The notes beneath the pieces are model-generated. The model did not search any database and was not told the origin of the DNA. It was given only the letters and a program-made list of their open reading frames with translations. Both the position numbers and the translations under genes were made by a program. From Sphingomonadales bacterium (lineage in GTDB: Bacteria > Pseudomonadota > Alphaproteobacteria > Sphingomonadales > Sphingomonadaceae), in NCBI GenBank assembly GCA_031370535.1, contig JANMQN010000169.1, positions 26,619 to 90,618 of the forward strand: DNA of 64,000 nt. Reading direction: 5' to 3'. Each line of letters begins with the position of its first letter. Positions within the stretch are counted from its first letter, which is position 1. This document shows, one piece after another, positions 27,086 to 37,300 of this stretch.

Positions 27086-28204
27086 ATGAACAGCATCCCG
27101 CCCGACCTATTGCCCGAAGGCTTCCGCGACCGGCTTCCGCCGCAAGCGGAGGCAGCTGCGCGGGTGGCGCGGGCAATGATCGATGTGCTGACCAGCAACG
27201 GCTACGCGCGTGTCAGCCCAGCCATAGCCGAGTTTGAAAGCGGCCTCGCAGCACGAAGCGGCGGAGCGGCGCGCAACGCGCTGCTTCGTTTTACCGACCC
27301 GGTTTCCGGGCATACGCTTGCGCTGCGCGGTGATATCACTGTTCAAGTCGGACGGATCGCGACGACACGAATGGTCGATGCGCCACGTCCGTTAAGGCTT
27401 TGCTATCACGGCCAGGTGCTTCGCCTTCGCGCGACGCAGTTGCGGCCCGAACGTGAGATTACGCAGTTGGGAGCAGAACTGGTCGGCAATGACAGCGTTG
27501 CTGCGGCCAGCGAAATCGTGTCGGTTGCAATCGACGCTTTAGAGGCCGCTGGGGTCAAAGACATTACCGTAGATTTCACGCTGCCTGATCTGGTCGAAAT
27601 CTTGGCCGAAAAGGCCATGCCGTTGGCGCCTGACCAAATCGATGCGGTCAGGTCCGAGCTCGACATGAAGGATGCTGGTGGACTGAGTGCACTTGGCGCA
27701 GATGCCTATCTGCCGCTGTTAGCCGCAACCGGTGCGTTTGCCGATGCGGTCGAGAAATTGCGCGCGATTGACGCTGGCGGCGCTCTTGCATCGCGCATCG
27801 CTGCATTGGAGGCGATTGCATCTTCGGTCGCGGGCCGCGCAACGATCACTTTGGACCCGACCGAGCGGCACGGCTTCGCGTATCAAAGCTGGTTCGGCTT
27901 TACATTATTTGCCAAGGGTTATTCGGCGGCGCTGGGCCGGGGCGGTACCTATGCCATTGCGAAATCCGGCGGCGGAGATGAGGTTGCGATTGGTTTCTCG
28001 CTGTTCCCCGATCCGTTGATCGACTCGGCGACCGGCGATATCGACAACCGCCGCCTGTTCCTGCCACTGGGCACACTTCCCGCCAAAGCCGTACAGATGC
28101 GCAGCGAAGGCTGGGCAACCGTCGCGGCGCTGAGTGCCGATGACAGTGCCGAGGCCTTGGACTGCACCTTTGTGCTGGAAAACGGTCGCGCCGAACCGGT
28201 TTAG
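27086..28204 (+). CDS. hisZ: ATP phosphoribosyltransferase regulatory subunit
   Basis: N-terminus LLPEGFRDRLPPQAEAAARV..., then LALRGDITVQVGRIA and LCYHGQVLR. This is a HisRS-like catalytic-core paralogue of about 370 aa. Confidence 0.85.
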   Translation: MNSIPPDLLPEGFRDRLPPQAEAAARVARAMIDVLTSNGYARVSPAIAEFESGLAARSGGAARNALLRFTDPVSGHTLALRGDITVQVGRIATTRMVDAPRPLRLCYHGQVLRLRATQLRPEREITQLGAELVGNDSVAAASEIVSVAIDALEAAGVKDITVDFTLPDLVEILAEKAMPLAPDQIDAVRSELDMKDAGGLSALGADAYLPLLAATGAFADAVEKLRAIDAGGALASRIAALEAIASSVAGRATITLDPTERHGFAYQSWFGFTLFAKGYSAALGRGGTYAIAKSGGGDEVAIGFSLFPDPLIDSATGDIDNRRLFLPLGTLPAKAVQMRSEGWATVAALSADDSAEALDCTFVLENGRAEPV

Positions 28205-29223
28205 TTGCCGAATACGCCGTGTAGCCAGTTGTCGACCACGGCTGTCGCCGGATAATCGGGATCGCCCAGTTTGCGGTTGATGTCGGCATGACCCTTCAAA
28301 CCCTTGCCTTCAAAAGCTTGAAGTTGAATCTCCGTACCGTTTTTCCGCAAGGCATCGGCCAGCGCCGCCGATTGTCGCGCGCCATCTTCACGGTCAACAT
28401 GAAGGATAAGGAAATTCCGAGCGTTGGGTGCAGATGCCTGCCAGAAAGGTGATAGCGCCTTTTGTCGTTGTGGTTCGGTACCGAAGGCTTGTTTGTAGGT
28501 GTCCTGCATGATGCGCGCGCCATCGGTCATTTGGGTGGGGACATCATAAGCCGCACCGTCGAGCGGGATGACGCCCGCCAGCGCCGACATATCCAAGCCC
28601 ACCGCCCGCAGATATTGCGGGTCGGTACCGACCAAAGCCGACAGATGCGCGCCTGCGCTATGGCCCATTAGGACGATGCGCTTGGGGTCAATACCAAACG
28701 CTTGCGTATTTTTGCGAAAATAGGCGACTGACGCTGCCACATCGGCAGCCTGTTGCTCGACAGTTGCCTCGGGGACGAGGCGATAGTTGATACTGGCAAA
28801 TGCATATCCCTGCGCCAGATAATGCGGCGCCTTGAGCTGACCGGTGGCATTGCCCTTGTCACCGCGTTTCCAGCCGCCGCCGTGGACAAAAATCACCAGC
28901 GGCGCGTTTGGCGTCTTGGCTTTCCAGAAATCGAATTTCTGCAAGGGAGCATTGCCGTAAGAGAATTCGGTTGCGCCCACCGGTGACCGGGTCGCTTTGG
29001 TTTCAGCGCCGCGCTTGCCGATTTGCGCGCGCAGTTCGCTGCGGCAGTTTTCCGAAAGCTGGCTGGCCTTTTCCTGCAAGCAGCCGCGAATTGCCGCGCG
29101 GTTCATGCCGCATAGCTGAACGATTTCCTTGCGGCATTCGGCTGGTAAGCGCCCACCGCGCTGGGCTACTGCACAGGTCGCAACCAGAGCGAGCGCTGCG
29201 CTGCCCAAAATCCATTTCCGCAT
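28201..29223 (-). CDS. alpha/beta hydrolase (esterase/lipase) with an N-terminal Cys-rich repeat
   Basis: Oxyanion VIFVHGGGW and nucleophile elbow GHSAGAH. The start is ATG 29223 (MRKWILGSAALALVATCAVA) with GGAGG 6 nt upstream. The longer track ORF to 29490 is a spurious extension. Confidence 0.8.
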   Translation of the reverse strand: MRKWILGSAALALVATCAVAQRGGRLPAECRKEIVQLCGMNRAAIRGCLQEKASQLSENCRSELRAQIGKRGAETKATRSPVGATEFSYGNAPLQKFDFWKAKTPNAPLVIFVHGGGWKRGDKGNATGQLKAPHYLAQGYAFASINYRLVPEATVEQQAADVAASVAYFRKNTQAFGIDPKRIVLMGHSAGAHLSALVGTDPQYLRAVGLDMSALAGVIPLDGAAYDVPTQMTDGARIMQDTYKQAFGTEPQRQKALSPFWQASAPNARNFLILHVDREDGARQSAALADALRKNGTEIQLQAFEGKGLKGHADINRKLGDPDYPATAVVDNWLHGVFGN

Positions 29224-29347
29224 CTTTTGCCTCCATTGACGCTTTAGGGTGGACGTCGGCCACCCATAGTCATAACGGGGCGCACGGCGAATCCCTTCGC
29301 AAGAAAAATTCTTGCGCAGAAAAAGGCCCTCGAACGTTGAGGAACTT

Positions 29348-30637
29348 ATGGCAAATGTAACCGTGATCGGCGCACAATGGGGCGACGAAGGCAAAGGCAA
29401 AATTGTTGACTGGCTGGCCGAACGGGCCGATGCCGTGGTCCGCTTCCAAGGCGGGCACAATGCAGGCCACACGCTCGTCGTGGGCGACAATGTCTACAAA
29501 TTATCCCTCCTACCGTCGGGTATCGTTACGGGCACACTGTCGATTATCGGCAATGGAGTGGTGCTTGACCCTTGGGCTCTGCGCGATGAAATGGCCAAGC
29601 TGCGCGGGCAGGGGGTTTCGATCACCACCGAAAATTTTGCGCTCGCCGACAATTGCGCGCTGATCCTGCCGATCCACCGCGACCTTGACGGCTTGCGCGA
29701 AACCGCAGCAGGTTCAGGCAAGATCGGTACCACCGGACGCGGCATCGGTCCGGCCTATGAAGACAAGGTAGGTCGGCGCGCGATCCGCGTGTGCGACCTC
29801 GCGCATCTCGACGCAATTGATCCGCAAATGGATCGGCTCTGCGCACATCATGATGCGCTGCGTGCTGGCTTCGGCGAGCCGCCTGTCGACCGCGCCGCGT
29901 TGATTGCCGAACTGAAAGAAATCGCGCCGTTCATTCTCGAATTTGCCCAACCGGTTTGGAAGCGGCTGAAAAAAGTCCGCAAGGCTGGCGCGCGAATTTT
30001 GTTCGAAGGCGCGCAGGGCGTGTTGCTCGATGTCGATCACGGCACCTATCCGTTTGTCACTTCGTCCAACACCGTATCAGGCACAGCTGCCAGCGGTTCG
30101 GGCCTTGGCCCTAATGCAACGGGCTTCGTCCTCGGTATTGTCAAAGCCTACACCACTCGCGTCGGCTCAGGCCCGTTCCCTACCGAGCTTGAAGACGAGA
30201 CCGGCCAGAAACTTGGCGAACGCGGTCACGAATTCGGTACCGTCACCGGCCGCAAACGCCGTTGTGGGTGGTTTGATGCTGTGATCGTGCGTCAAAGCTG
30301 CGCTGTTTCTGGCGTTACCGGTATTGCCCTGACCAAGCTCGACGTCCTCGACGGGTTTGAGACGATCAAAATCTGCACCGGCTACCGCCTCAACGGCAAG
30401 GTCTACGACTATCTGCCCGCGCATTCGGCCGATCAGGCAGCCGTCGAGCCCATCTATGAAGAAATGCCCGGCTGGCAGGAAACGACCGCTGGCGCACGAA
30501 GATGGGCCGATTTGCCTGCGCAGGCGATCAAATATATTTCCAGAGTGCAGGAACTGATCGAAACGCCGGTTGCATTGGTTTCAACATCACCGCAGCGTGA
30601 GGATACAATATTGGTGCGCGATCCTTTTGCAGACTAA
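29348..30637 (+). CDS. purA: adenylosuccinate synthase
   Basis: [42 protein letters not shown] and [11 protein letters not shown] are present. Confidence 0.97.
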   Translation: MANVTVIGAQWGDEGKGKIVDWLAERADAVVRFQGGHNAGHTLVVGDNVYKLSLLPSGIVTGTLSIIGNGVVLDPWALRDEMAKLRGQGVSITTENFALADNCALILPIHRDLDGLRETAAGSGKIGTTGRGIGPAYEDKVGRRAIRVCDLAHLDAIDPQMDRLCAHHDALRAGFGEPPVDRAALIAELKEIAPFILEFAQPVWKRLKKVRKAGARILFEGAQGVLLDVDHGTYPFVTSSNTVSGTAASGSGLGPNATGFVLGIVKAYTTRVGSGPFPTELEDETGQKLGERGHEFGTVTGRKRRCGWFDAVIVRQSCAVSGVTGIALTKLDVLDGFETIKICTGYRLNGKVYDYLPAHSADQAAVEPIYEEMPGWQETTAGARRWADLPAQAIKYISRVQELIETPVALVSTSPQREDTILVRDPFAD

Positions 30638-31938
30638 CCGCTTTTGAGTTCATCCTTAAGCCGCAGACTCGCGCGCCAGAAGAAGAATGCGGGGATCAGC
30701 CCGAGCCACGCTGCGCCATAAAGCACCCAACGTACGCTTTCGTCGCCTGCCATCGGCTGGAGCCAGTCCGACAGGACGCCGAACAACAGCGGACCCATGC
30801 CAAGGCCAATAAGATTTTGACCAAACACGACGAGCGAGGCGGCGATTGCCCGTGCTTCGGGCCGGACGAGACCTTGGACGCAGCCATAAGCAGGACCGTA
30901 ATATGCTGCGTTCAATATGGTTGGCACTATCAGCAGCGCGACGGCAATGCGCCAATCCTCGGCCCAATAGCCTGCGAACAATAAGGGCGCTGCGACAGCC
31001 ATACCGATGGCGGGCAGGGTTAATATATGGCGTTTATCGCGCTTGCCGAAGACGTCGGCCATCTTGCCACCGAGCCAAGTTCCGATAATGCCTGAAATGC
31101 CTAGCGCAACCGCCATCGCGAGGCCCGCTTCGGTTGTCGAAAGTCCATGCGACCTGATAAAGAAACTGATGGTCCACAGCCCTTTGCCATAGCTGAGGAA
31201 GGCAGTGAACGATGCCGCAATGAACACATACAGATATGCCTTCGACACAAAGACTTCGCGCACGGCATCTTTAATCGACAATTTGGCTTTTGCAGGCGCG
31301 TCTGCAGTGTTGAAGTGCGCGCTATCAGCACATCGGCGCGGATCGCGGATAAGCATCGGTAGCACCAGAGCAAGCAGCAATCCCGGCGCGCCGACCAGCA
31401 TCAGCGCGATGCGCCACCCATATTGATCGTTGACCACGCCACCAATGATCAGCCCCAACAACCCGCCAATCGGAATTCCAAGCCCGAAAAAGGCAATAGC
31501 TGACGACCGTTTTTCCGGCGGCACCGTGTCGGCAATCAATGAATGGGCCGCAGGCGTGCAGCCAGCTTCGCCGACGCCTACACCGACCCGGGCTAAAGCT
31601 AATTGAAGGAAATTTTGCGCGACGCCGCATATTGCGGTCATTGCCGACCATACAGCCAGACATATGGAAATCAGCCAGACGCGGTTGGTTTTTGCGTTGT
31701 CGGCATAGCGCGCAATGGGAATACCCAATACCGCATAAAAAACGGCAAAAGCCGGTCCAGCCAAAAGCCCTAGCTGCGTGTCGCTCAACCCGAGTTCGCT
31801 CTTGATCGGTTCGGCGAGGATGTTGATGATTTGACGGTCGAGAAAATTGAGGATGTAAACGAGAAGAAGCATGAAAAGCATCACTTTGGGATGGGTGATG
31901 GCTGTCCCGCTGCTGCGAACCAGTGCCGGATTCTTCAT
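30634..31938 (-). CDS. MFS transporter (Spinster-like)
   Basis: Twelve-TM pattern with [15 protein letters not shown] and [11 protein letters not shown]. Start at ATG 31938 with an AGGAGAG RBS. Confidence 0.85.
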   Translation of the reverse strand: MKNPALVRSSGTAITHPKVMLFMLLLVYILNFLDRQIINILAEPIKSELGLSDTQLGLLAGPAFAVFYAVLGIPIARYADNAKTNRVWLISICLAVWSAMTAICGVAQNFLQLALARVGVGVGEAGCTPAAHSLIADTVPPEKRSSAIAFFGLGIPIGGLLGLIIGGVVNDQYGWRIALMLVGAPGLLLALVLPMLIRDPRRCADSAHFNTADAPAKAKLSIKDAVREVFVSKAYLYVFIAASFTAFLSYGKGLWTISFFIRSHGLSTTEAGLAMAVALGISGIIGTWLGGKMADVFGKRDKRHILTLPAIGMAVAAPLLFAGYWAEDWRIAVALLIVPTILNAAYYGPAYGCVQGLVRPEARAIAASLVVFGQNLIGLGMGPLLFGVLSDWLQPMAGDESVRWVLYGAAWLGLIPAFFFWRASLRLKDELKSG

Positions 31939-32115
31939 TCGTTCTCTCCTCTTCCTGTTGCCAGTTATCCCGCATCTTTCAGCATTGTCAAAACATTGGA
32001 AACAATTGGCCAAGGCAATCGTTTGCCACTCACAGCGCGCCAAGGGTGTGGAAAATCGGGTAGTCCGATAAATGGTTGATTGACTGTTGAGCGCGCAGGG
32101 TCATTGGAGGTAATA

Positions 32116-32853
32116 ATGACGACGCGCGAAACGACGGCCCTGTTGCCGCTTGACGATATTGGCCTCGACCTGTCTTTGGGAGACCGGGCGATGGTGACTG
32201 CCTATGGAGCGGTGCAATGGCCCTGGCTGCTGCGAAGCCTGCACGGCGGGCGTAAGGCCGACAAGGTGGCGCTGCTAGAGCATCTCGACCTACCACTCGA
32301 TGCTTTGCCCAATTTGGGTAGCTGGAAGGCCGACACGAATTTTCTTTGGCACATCGTCCGTGCGATCGAGGAATTACGCCCGACGCAGGTTGTCGAACTC
32401 GGCTGTGGTGCGTCGAGCTTCATCATTGGCCGTGCGCTGCAACTCAACGGCGGCGGCCATTGCGTCAGTTACGACCAGCACGAGCAATTCGCAGCAATCA
32501 CGCAAGAATGGATCGTCGAGAACGGCATTCCTGCCGACATCCGCCACGCACCGCTCGGCCCGCCACCGTCTGGCTGGCCCGGGCATTGGTATCAGTTAAG
32601 CGACGTGCCCCCTCAAATCGATCTGCTAATCGTTGACGGTCCCCCTTGGGCTATCCATCCACATGTCCGCGGTGCAGCGGCTAGCTTGTTTCCAAGACTG
32701 AAGCCCGGCGGCCGAGTGCTGCTCGACGATGCCGCGCGTCTCGGCGAACGAGTCGTTGCCCGCAGGTGGCGCAAGGAGCATCATAATATGCGCTTCGTCC
32801 TGGATAGCAAGGGCGCCAAAGGCACGTTGCTGGGTCAAAAACTGCTCGGCTAG
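32116..32853 (+). CDS. class I SAM-dependent methyltransferase
   Basis: Motif I VVELGCGASS and a later LLIVDGPP/VLLDD pattern. GGAGG lies 6 nt upstream of ATG 32116. Confidence 0.6.
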   Translation: MTTRETTALLPLDDIGLDLSLGDRAMVTAYGAVQWPWLLRSLHGGRKADKVALLEHLDLPLDALPNLGSWKADTNFLWHIVRAIEELRPTQVVELGCGASSFIIGRALQLNGGGHCVSYDQHEQFAAITQEWIVENGIPADIRHAPLGPPPSGWPGHWYQLSDVPPQIDLLIVDGPPWAIHPHVRGAAASLFPRLKPGGRVLLDDAARLGERVVARRWRKEHHNMRFVLDSKGAKGTLLGQKLLG

Positions 32854-34193
32854 AGTTTCTTCGACCTTTCGTCGGTCACCATATCTTCCGCAAGTTCGAG
32901 ACCTGCCTTCCCATGTGCCGCAGTATGGGATGGAGCATGTGGCGGCTCAATAAATTCAGGCTCCTCGACCTCCAGCATGCCCTCCCATTTGGTGATGACC
33001 GAAGTCGCCACCGCGTTGCCGACAACGTTGGTCGCGGTGCGGCCCATGTCAAGGAACTGGTCGATAGCAAGGATGAGCGCCACGCCCTCGACCGGCAAGT
33101 CGAACATTGCGAGTGTGCCGGTGATCACCACCAACGAGGCGCGAGGGACCGCTGCCACGCCCTTAGAGGAAATCATCAGTGTCAGCAGGATCAATATCTG
33201 CGTCGCAATCGGCAGGTCGATACCATAAGCCTGCGCGATGAAGATCGTCGCAAAGCTCATATACATCATCGATCCGTCGAGGTTGAAGCTGTAACCCAAA
33301 GGCAGCATGAAACCCGAAATACGGCGCGGTACGCCAAAGCGGTCGAGCTGTTCGAACAGCTTGGGTAAAGCGGCTTCGGATGACGCTGTGGAGAAGGCAA
33401 TCAGCATTGGCTCACGGATGTAGCGGATCAGCGTGAATATCCGCCGCCCGAGGAATATCGCGCCAATCGACAGCAAGATCGTCCACAGCAGTGCAAGCGA
33501 TAGATAGAATTCGGTTACGAGTTCAAGGTACGTACCAAGGATCGCTAATCCGCTTTTCGACACGACCGCCGCCAGCGCGCCGAATACCGCTATCGGCGCG
33601 TAACGCATCACATAATGCGTAATTTGCAGCATCATTTCGGCGAGCGCATCGGCGCCGCGCACCAGCGGAGCGCCTTTTTCGCCGAGTGCCGACAACGCGA
33701 CACCTGCGAACAATGCAAAAACCAATATCTGCAATATGTTGTTAGTGGCCAACGCTTCCAGCGCGTTTTTCGGGAAGATCGAAAGAATGAACTCCCAGAA
33801 ATCGAGTTTTTTGACTTCACCGATGGTTGCGGCAGCGTTTGCAATACTTTCGACCGGTGCACCGACGCCCGGCTGAAACAGGTTGACCATCAACAGACCC
33901 AGGCCAATCGAAATGAAGCTAGCAATGATGAACCAGGTGATCGCGCGGAAACCGATCCGTCCGAGTGCCGAACTGTCGCCCATATGCGCAATCCCCACGA
34001 CAATTGTCGACAGAATCAGCGGCGCGACGAGCAGCTTGATGAGATTAAGGAAAATATCGGACAGAAGTTTGAAGGTCTTTGTCAGATATTCGAACCAAAC
34101 ATTTTCGGCAGCAATTCCAACATGGACGCCATAGCCAACCAACACGCCCAATATCATTCCGATCAAAATATAGACCGTCAGCCGCTTATCCAT
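32850..34193 (-). CDS. dicarboxylate/amino acid:cation symporter (DAACS; GltP/DctA family)
   Basis: 447 aa. FSTASSEAALP, PLGYSFNLDGS and GVAAVPRASLVV are DAACS family signatures. Confidence 0.9.
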   Translation of the reverse strand: MDKRLTVYILIGMILGVLVGYGVHVGIAAENVWFEYLTKTFKLLSDIFLNLIKLLVAPLILSTIVVGIAHMGDSSALGRIGFRAITWFIIASFISIGLGLLMVNLFQPGVGAPVESIANAAATIGEVKKLDFWEFILSIFPKNALEALATNNILQILVFALFAGVALSALGEKGAPLVRGADALAEMMLQITHYVMRYAPIAVFGALAAVVSKSGLAILGTYLELVTEFYLSLALLWTILLSIGAIFLGRRIFTLIRYIREPMLIAFSTASSEAALPKLFEQLDRFGVPRRISGFMLPLGYSFNLDGSMMYMSFATIFIAQAYGIDLPIATQILILLTLMISSKGVAAVPRASLVVITGTLAMFDLPVEGVALILAIDQFLDMGRTATNVVGNAVATSVITKWEGMLEVEEPEFIEPPHAPSHTAAHGKAGLELAEDMVTDERSKKL

Positions 34194-34380
34194 AATATTC
34201 CCTCTAGCTCTCCAGGCGTTTCGGCCACGCTACACAGGCGGTATAATCCTCGCAACAGGTTACGGACGATACTTGTGTCGCAAGGCGAACGGCGGCATAA
34301 GCGTTGAAATAAAATTACAATGGTTCGCACCGTATATAATACGGGCGATGCAGCATCGTCGTGGGTTCAGGAGCACAAGC

Positions 34381-37300
34381 ATGGCCGCCGCCAAAACGTC
34401 AAAATCATCCGCAAAAATTGAAGTTAGCCTGATGAAGGCAATGGCTTCCGCTTTCTCCGAAAGTGCGCTGCCCGGCGAGAATGAAGGCTTTGATACCAAG
34501 GCGAGCGAGGAGGCTGCCCGCTTTACACTGGAAATTGCAAATCAACGTAAACCGGGTGTCGCAGCAGTCGCCCTCGATAGCTTTACCGATCCTTCCGGGC
34601 GGTTGGCGATGCGTATTGCCATGAACAATGACGACATGCCGTTTCTGGTCGATTCGATTTCGGCAGCGGTGGCGTCGCACGGCATCAATGTGAAGCGGCT
34701 GATCCATCCCGTGCTGAGCACCGTACGCCACGCATCGGGTGCGCTGCAATCGGTCAGCCGCAAGCGCGAGGCTGATGTTGCTCGTGAATCCTTCATCTAT
34801 CTCGAAACCGACCGGGTCGACGCGAAAGAACGCCGCACGCTGGAGGATGATCTGCACGCGGTTCTGCGAGATGTCCGAGGTGCAGTCGACGATTGGCGTA
34901 AAATGCTTGCCACGATGAAGCAGGATGCGGACAGCCTGCCCAGCGGTGAAGGCGCAGCGTTGGTTCACTGGTTCCTAGACAACAACATGACGGTGTTGGG
35001 GCATGAGAAACTGGTACGCAATGGGACGCGTTCACAGCGACTGGGCATTTCGCGTGTCAGCGATGTGCCTATACTTTCCGAACAAAGCATTGCACTGGCT
35101 ATCAAATGGTTTGAAGACGGCGGTGTTGCGCCGCTGGTGCTGAAATCCAATCGCGTTTCCAGCGTACATCGTCATGTTCAGCTCGACCTGGTGGTTGTTC
35201 CCATGCGCGATGGTAGCAACATAACGGGACTTTCGATCACTGCGGGCCTTTGGACCAGCGCAGCCTTGGCAACCGGTCCTGATCACATTCCGGTTCTGCG
35301 CACGCATCTTGCAACGCTGATGGACCGTTTCGGTTTTGATTCAGCTGGCCACGCCGGCAAGGCGATGACCCATGTGTTGACCTCGTTACCGCATGATTTG
35401 CTGGTATCGTTGAAACTGGCTGAACTTGAACGGGTGACGCTGACCGCAATGTCGCTAACCGACCGACCACGACCAAAATTGCTCGCGATCCGGTCCCCAT
35501 TGGGTCGGCATCTCTATATTTTCGTCTGGCTGCCGCGCGACGATGTTTCAACTGGCATGCGCAAGCAAGTTGAAAACATGCTGACGGCGTCAACCGGCGG
35601 GGCTTTGCTGGGCTGGTCGATCAGTCTTGAAGATGGCGGCATCGCGTTGCTCCGCTACACCCTCGATTTGCCCGATCGCGATCAGAAGGTCGATGAGGCG
35701 GCGCTTGACGACAAGCTTGAACTGATGGTGCGCGGGTGGGAACCAGCCGTCGAGGCTGCGCTGGCAAGATTGACCGATGAAAAACGCGCCGCAGCAATGA
35801 TGGTGCGTTACGGTCCTCTCTTTCCGGCCAATTATCGCAGCAGCTATTCCACTGAAGAAGCGGCGCGAGACATGATCGGCCTCTTGCAGATGGAGCGCGA
35901 CCACAGCAAAATAGCGCGGTTGTCGGCCAAGGGTGACCATTTGCGCCTGAAGGTTCACAGCCAAGGCGGCGCGACACCACTTAGCGATATCGTACCTGCG
36001 CTTGAAAATTTCGGTTTCGACGTGCTTGAAGAATCACCGACAGCTCTCGGCGATGGCAGTTATATTCACGATTTCCGGCTGCATCTGCGTGGCGGCGATG
36101 TGGCAACGGTGATGGCACGGGCATCGGTGTTGGAAAGCGCCCTTAGCCAAGTACTCGATGGCGATGCCGAGAATGATGTATTCAACCAGTTGGTCACGAT
36201 TGCCGCGCTCGATCCACAATCGGTTATCTGGCTGCGTGCATGGTATCGGTATTTGCGACAAACCGGAGCAAACTTCAGTATGGCAACGGTGGTTGCTTCG
36301 TTGGCTAACAACGCCGCAATAACGCGATCAATCGTTTCGCTGTTTGATGCGCTTCATAACCCTGCTGCCAGCGGCGACCGGGAAAAAGCATCTGTGAAAT
36401 ATGTCAAAGCCATACAGGATGGTCTTTCGGCAGTTTCTGCAATTGAAGAAGACCGCATTTTGCGTCGCTATATGGCGGTTGTGAAGGCGACCCTGCGGAC
36501 CAACGCATTTGCGCCAGCGGCAGCCGAGGCGCTTGCCTTCAAAATGGATAGTGCCAAGGTCCCGGGCTTGCCGGCTCCGCTTCCCTGGCGCGAGGTGTTC
36601 GTTTATTCGCCGCGCGTCGAGGGCATCCATTTGCGCGCTGGTCCGGTCGCGCGCGGCGGCCTCCGCTGGTCCGACCGGCGCGACGATTTTCGTACTGAGG
36701 TGCTCGGCCTGATGAAGGCGCAGCGCGTGAAAAACGCGGTGATCGTGCCGACCGGCGCAAAGGGCGGCTTTTATCCGAAACGTTTGCCCGATATGCGCGT
36801 CGACCGCGACGCATGGTTTGCCGAAGGCACCGAGGCGTACAAGATTTTCATCCGCACCTTGCTTTCGATCACCGACAATATCGTCAATGACAAGGTCGTG
36901 CACCCGTCGGATATCGTGATCCACGATGGCCAAGACCCCTACTTCGTGGTTGCAGCAGACAAGGGCACCGCAACTTTCTCTGATACCGCCAATGCTATCG
37001 CGCTCGAACGCAATTTCTGGCTTGGCGATGCTTTCGCCAGCGGCGGCTCAGTTGGATACGACCATAAGGCCATGGGCATCACCGCTAAGGGCGGTTGGCT
37101 ATCGGTCCAGCGCCACTTTGCCGAAATGGGCATCGACGTACAGAAGGAACCGGTGACGGTTGCTGGTGTGGGTGATATGTCGGGTGACGTGTTCGGCAAT
37201 GGCATGCTGCTTTCCAAAACATTGAAAGTCGTCGCGGCATTCGACCACCGGCATATTTTCTTCGATCCCGATCCGGACCCCGTGAAAAGCTGGAAGGAGC

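Noticed and set aside
29224-29490. N-terminal extension of the esterase ORF (track ORF 28201..29490). The same issue affects 43343..43480 before rpmB, 1711..1812 before selO and 34273..34380 before gdh.
   Set aside because: In each case an internal ATG with a good RBS gives the canonical N-terminus or signal peptide. The extension also overlaps a neighbouring promoter or gene.
33615-34307. 230-aa plus-strand ORF
   Set aside because: It is a shadow ORF antisense to the DAACS symporter gene and crosses into its promoter region.
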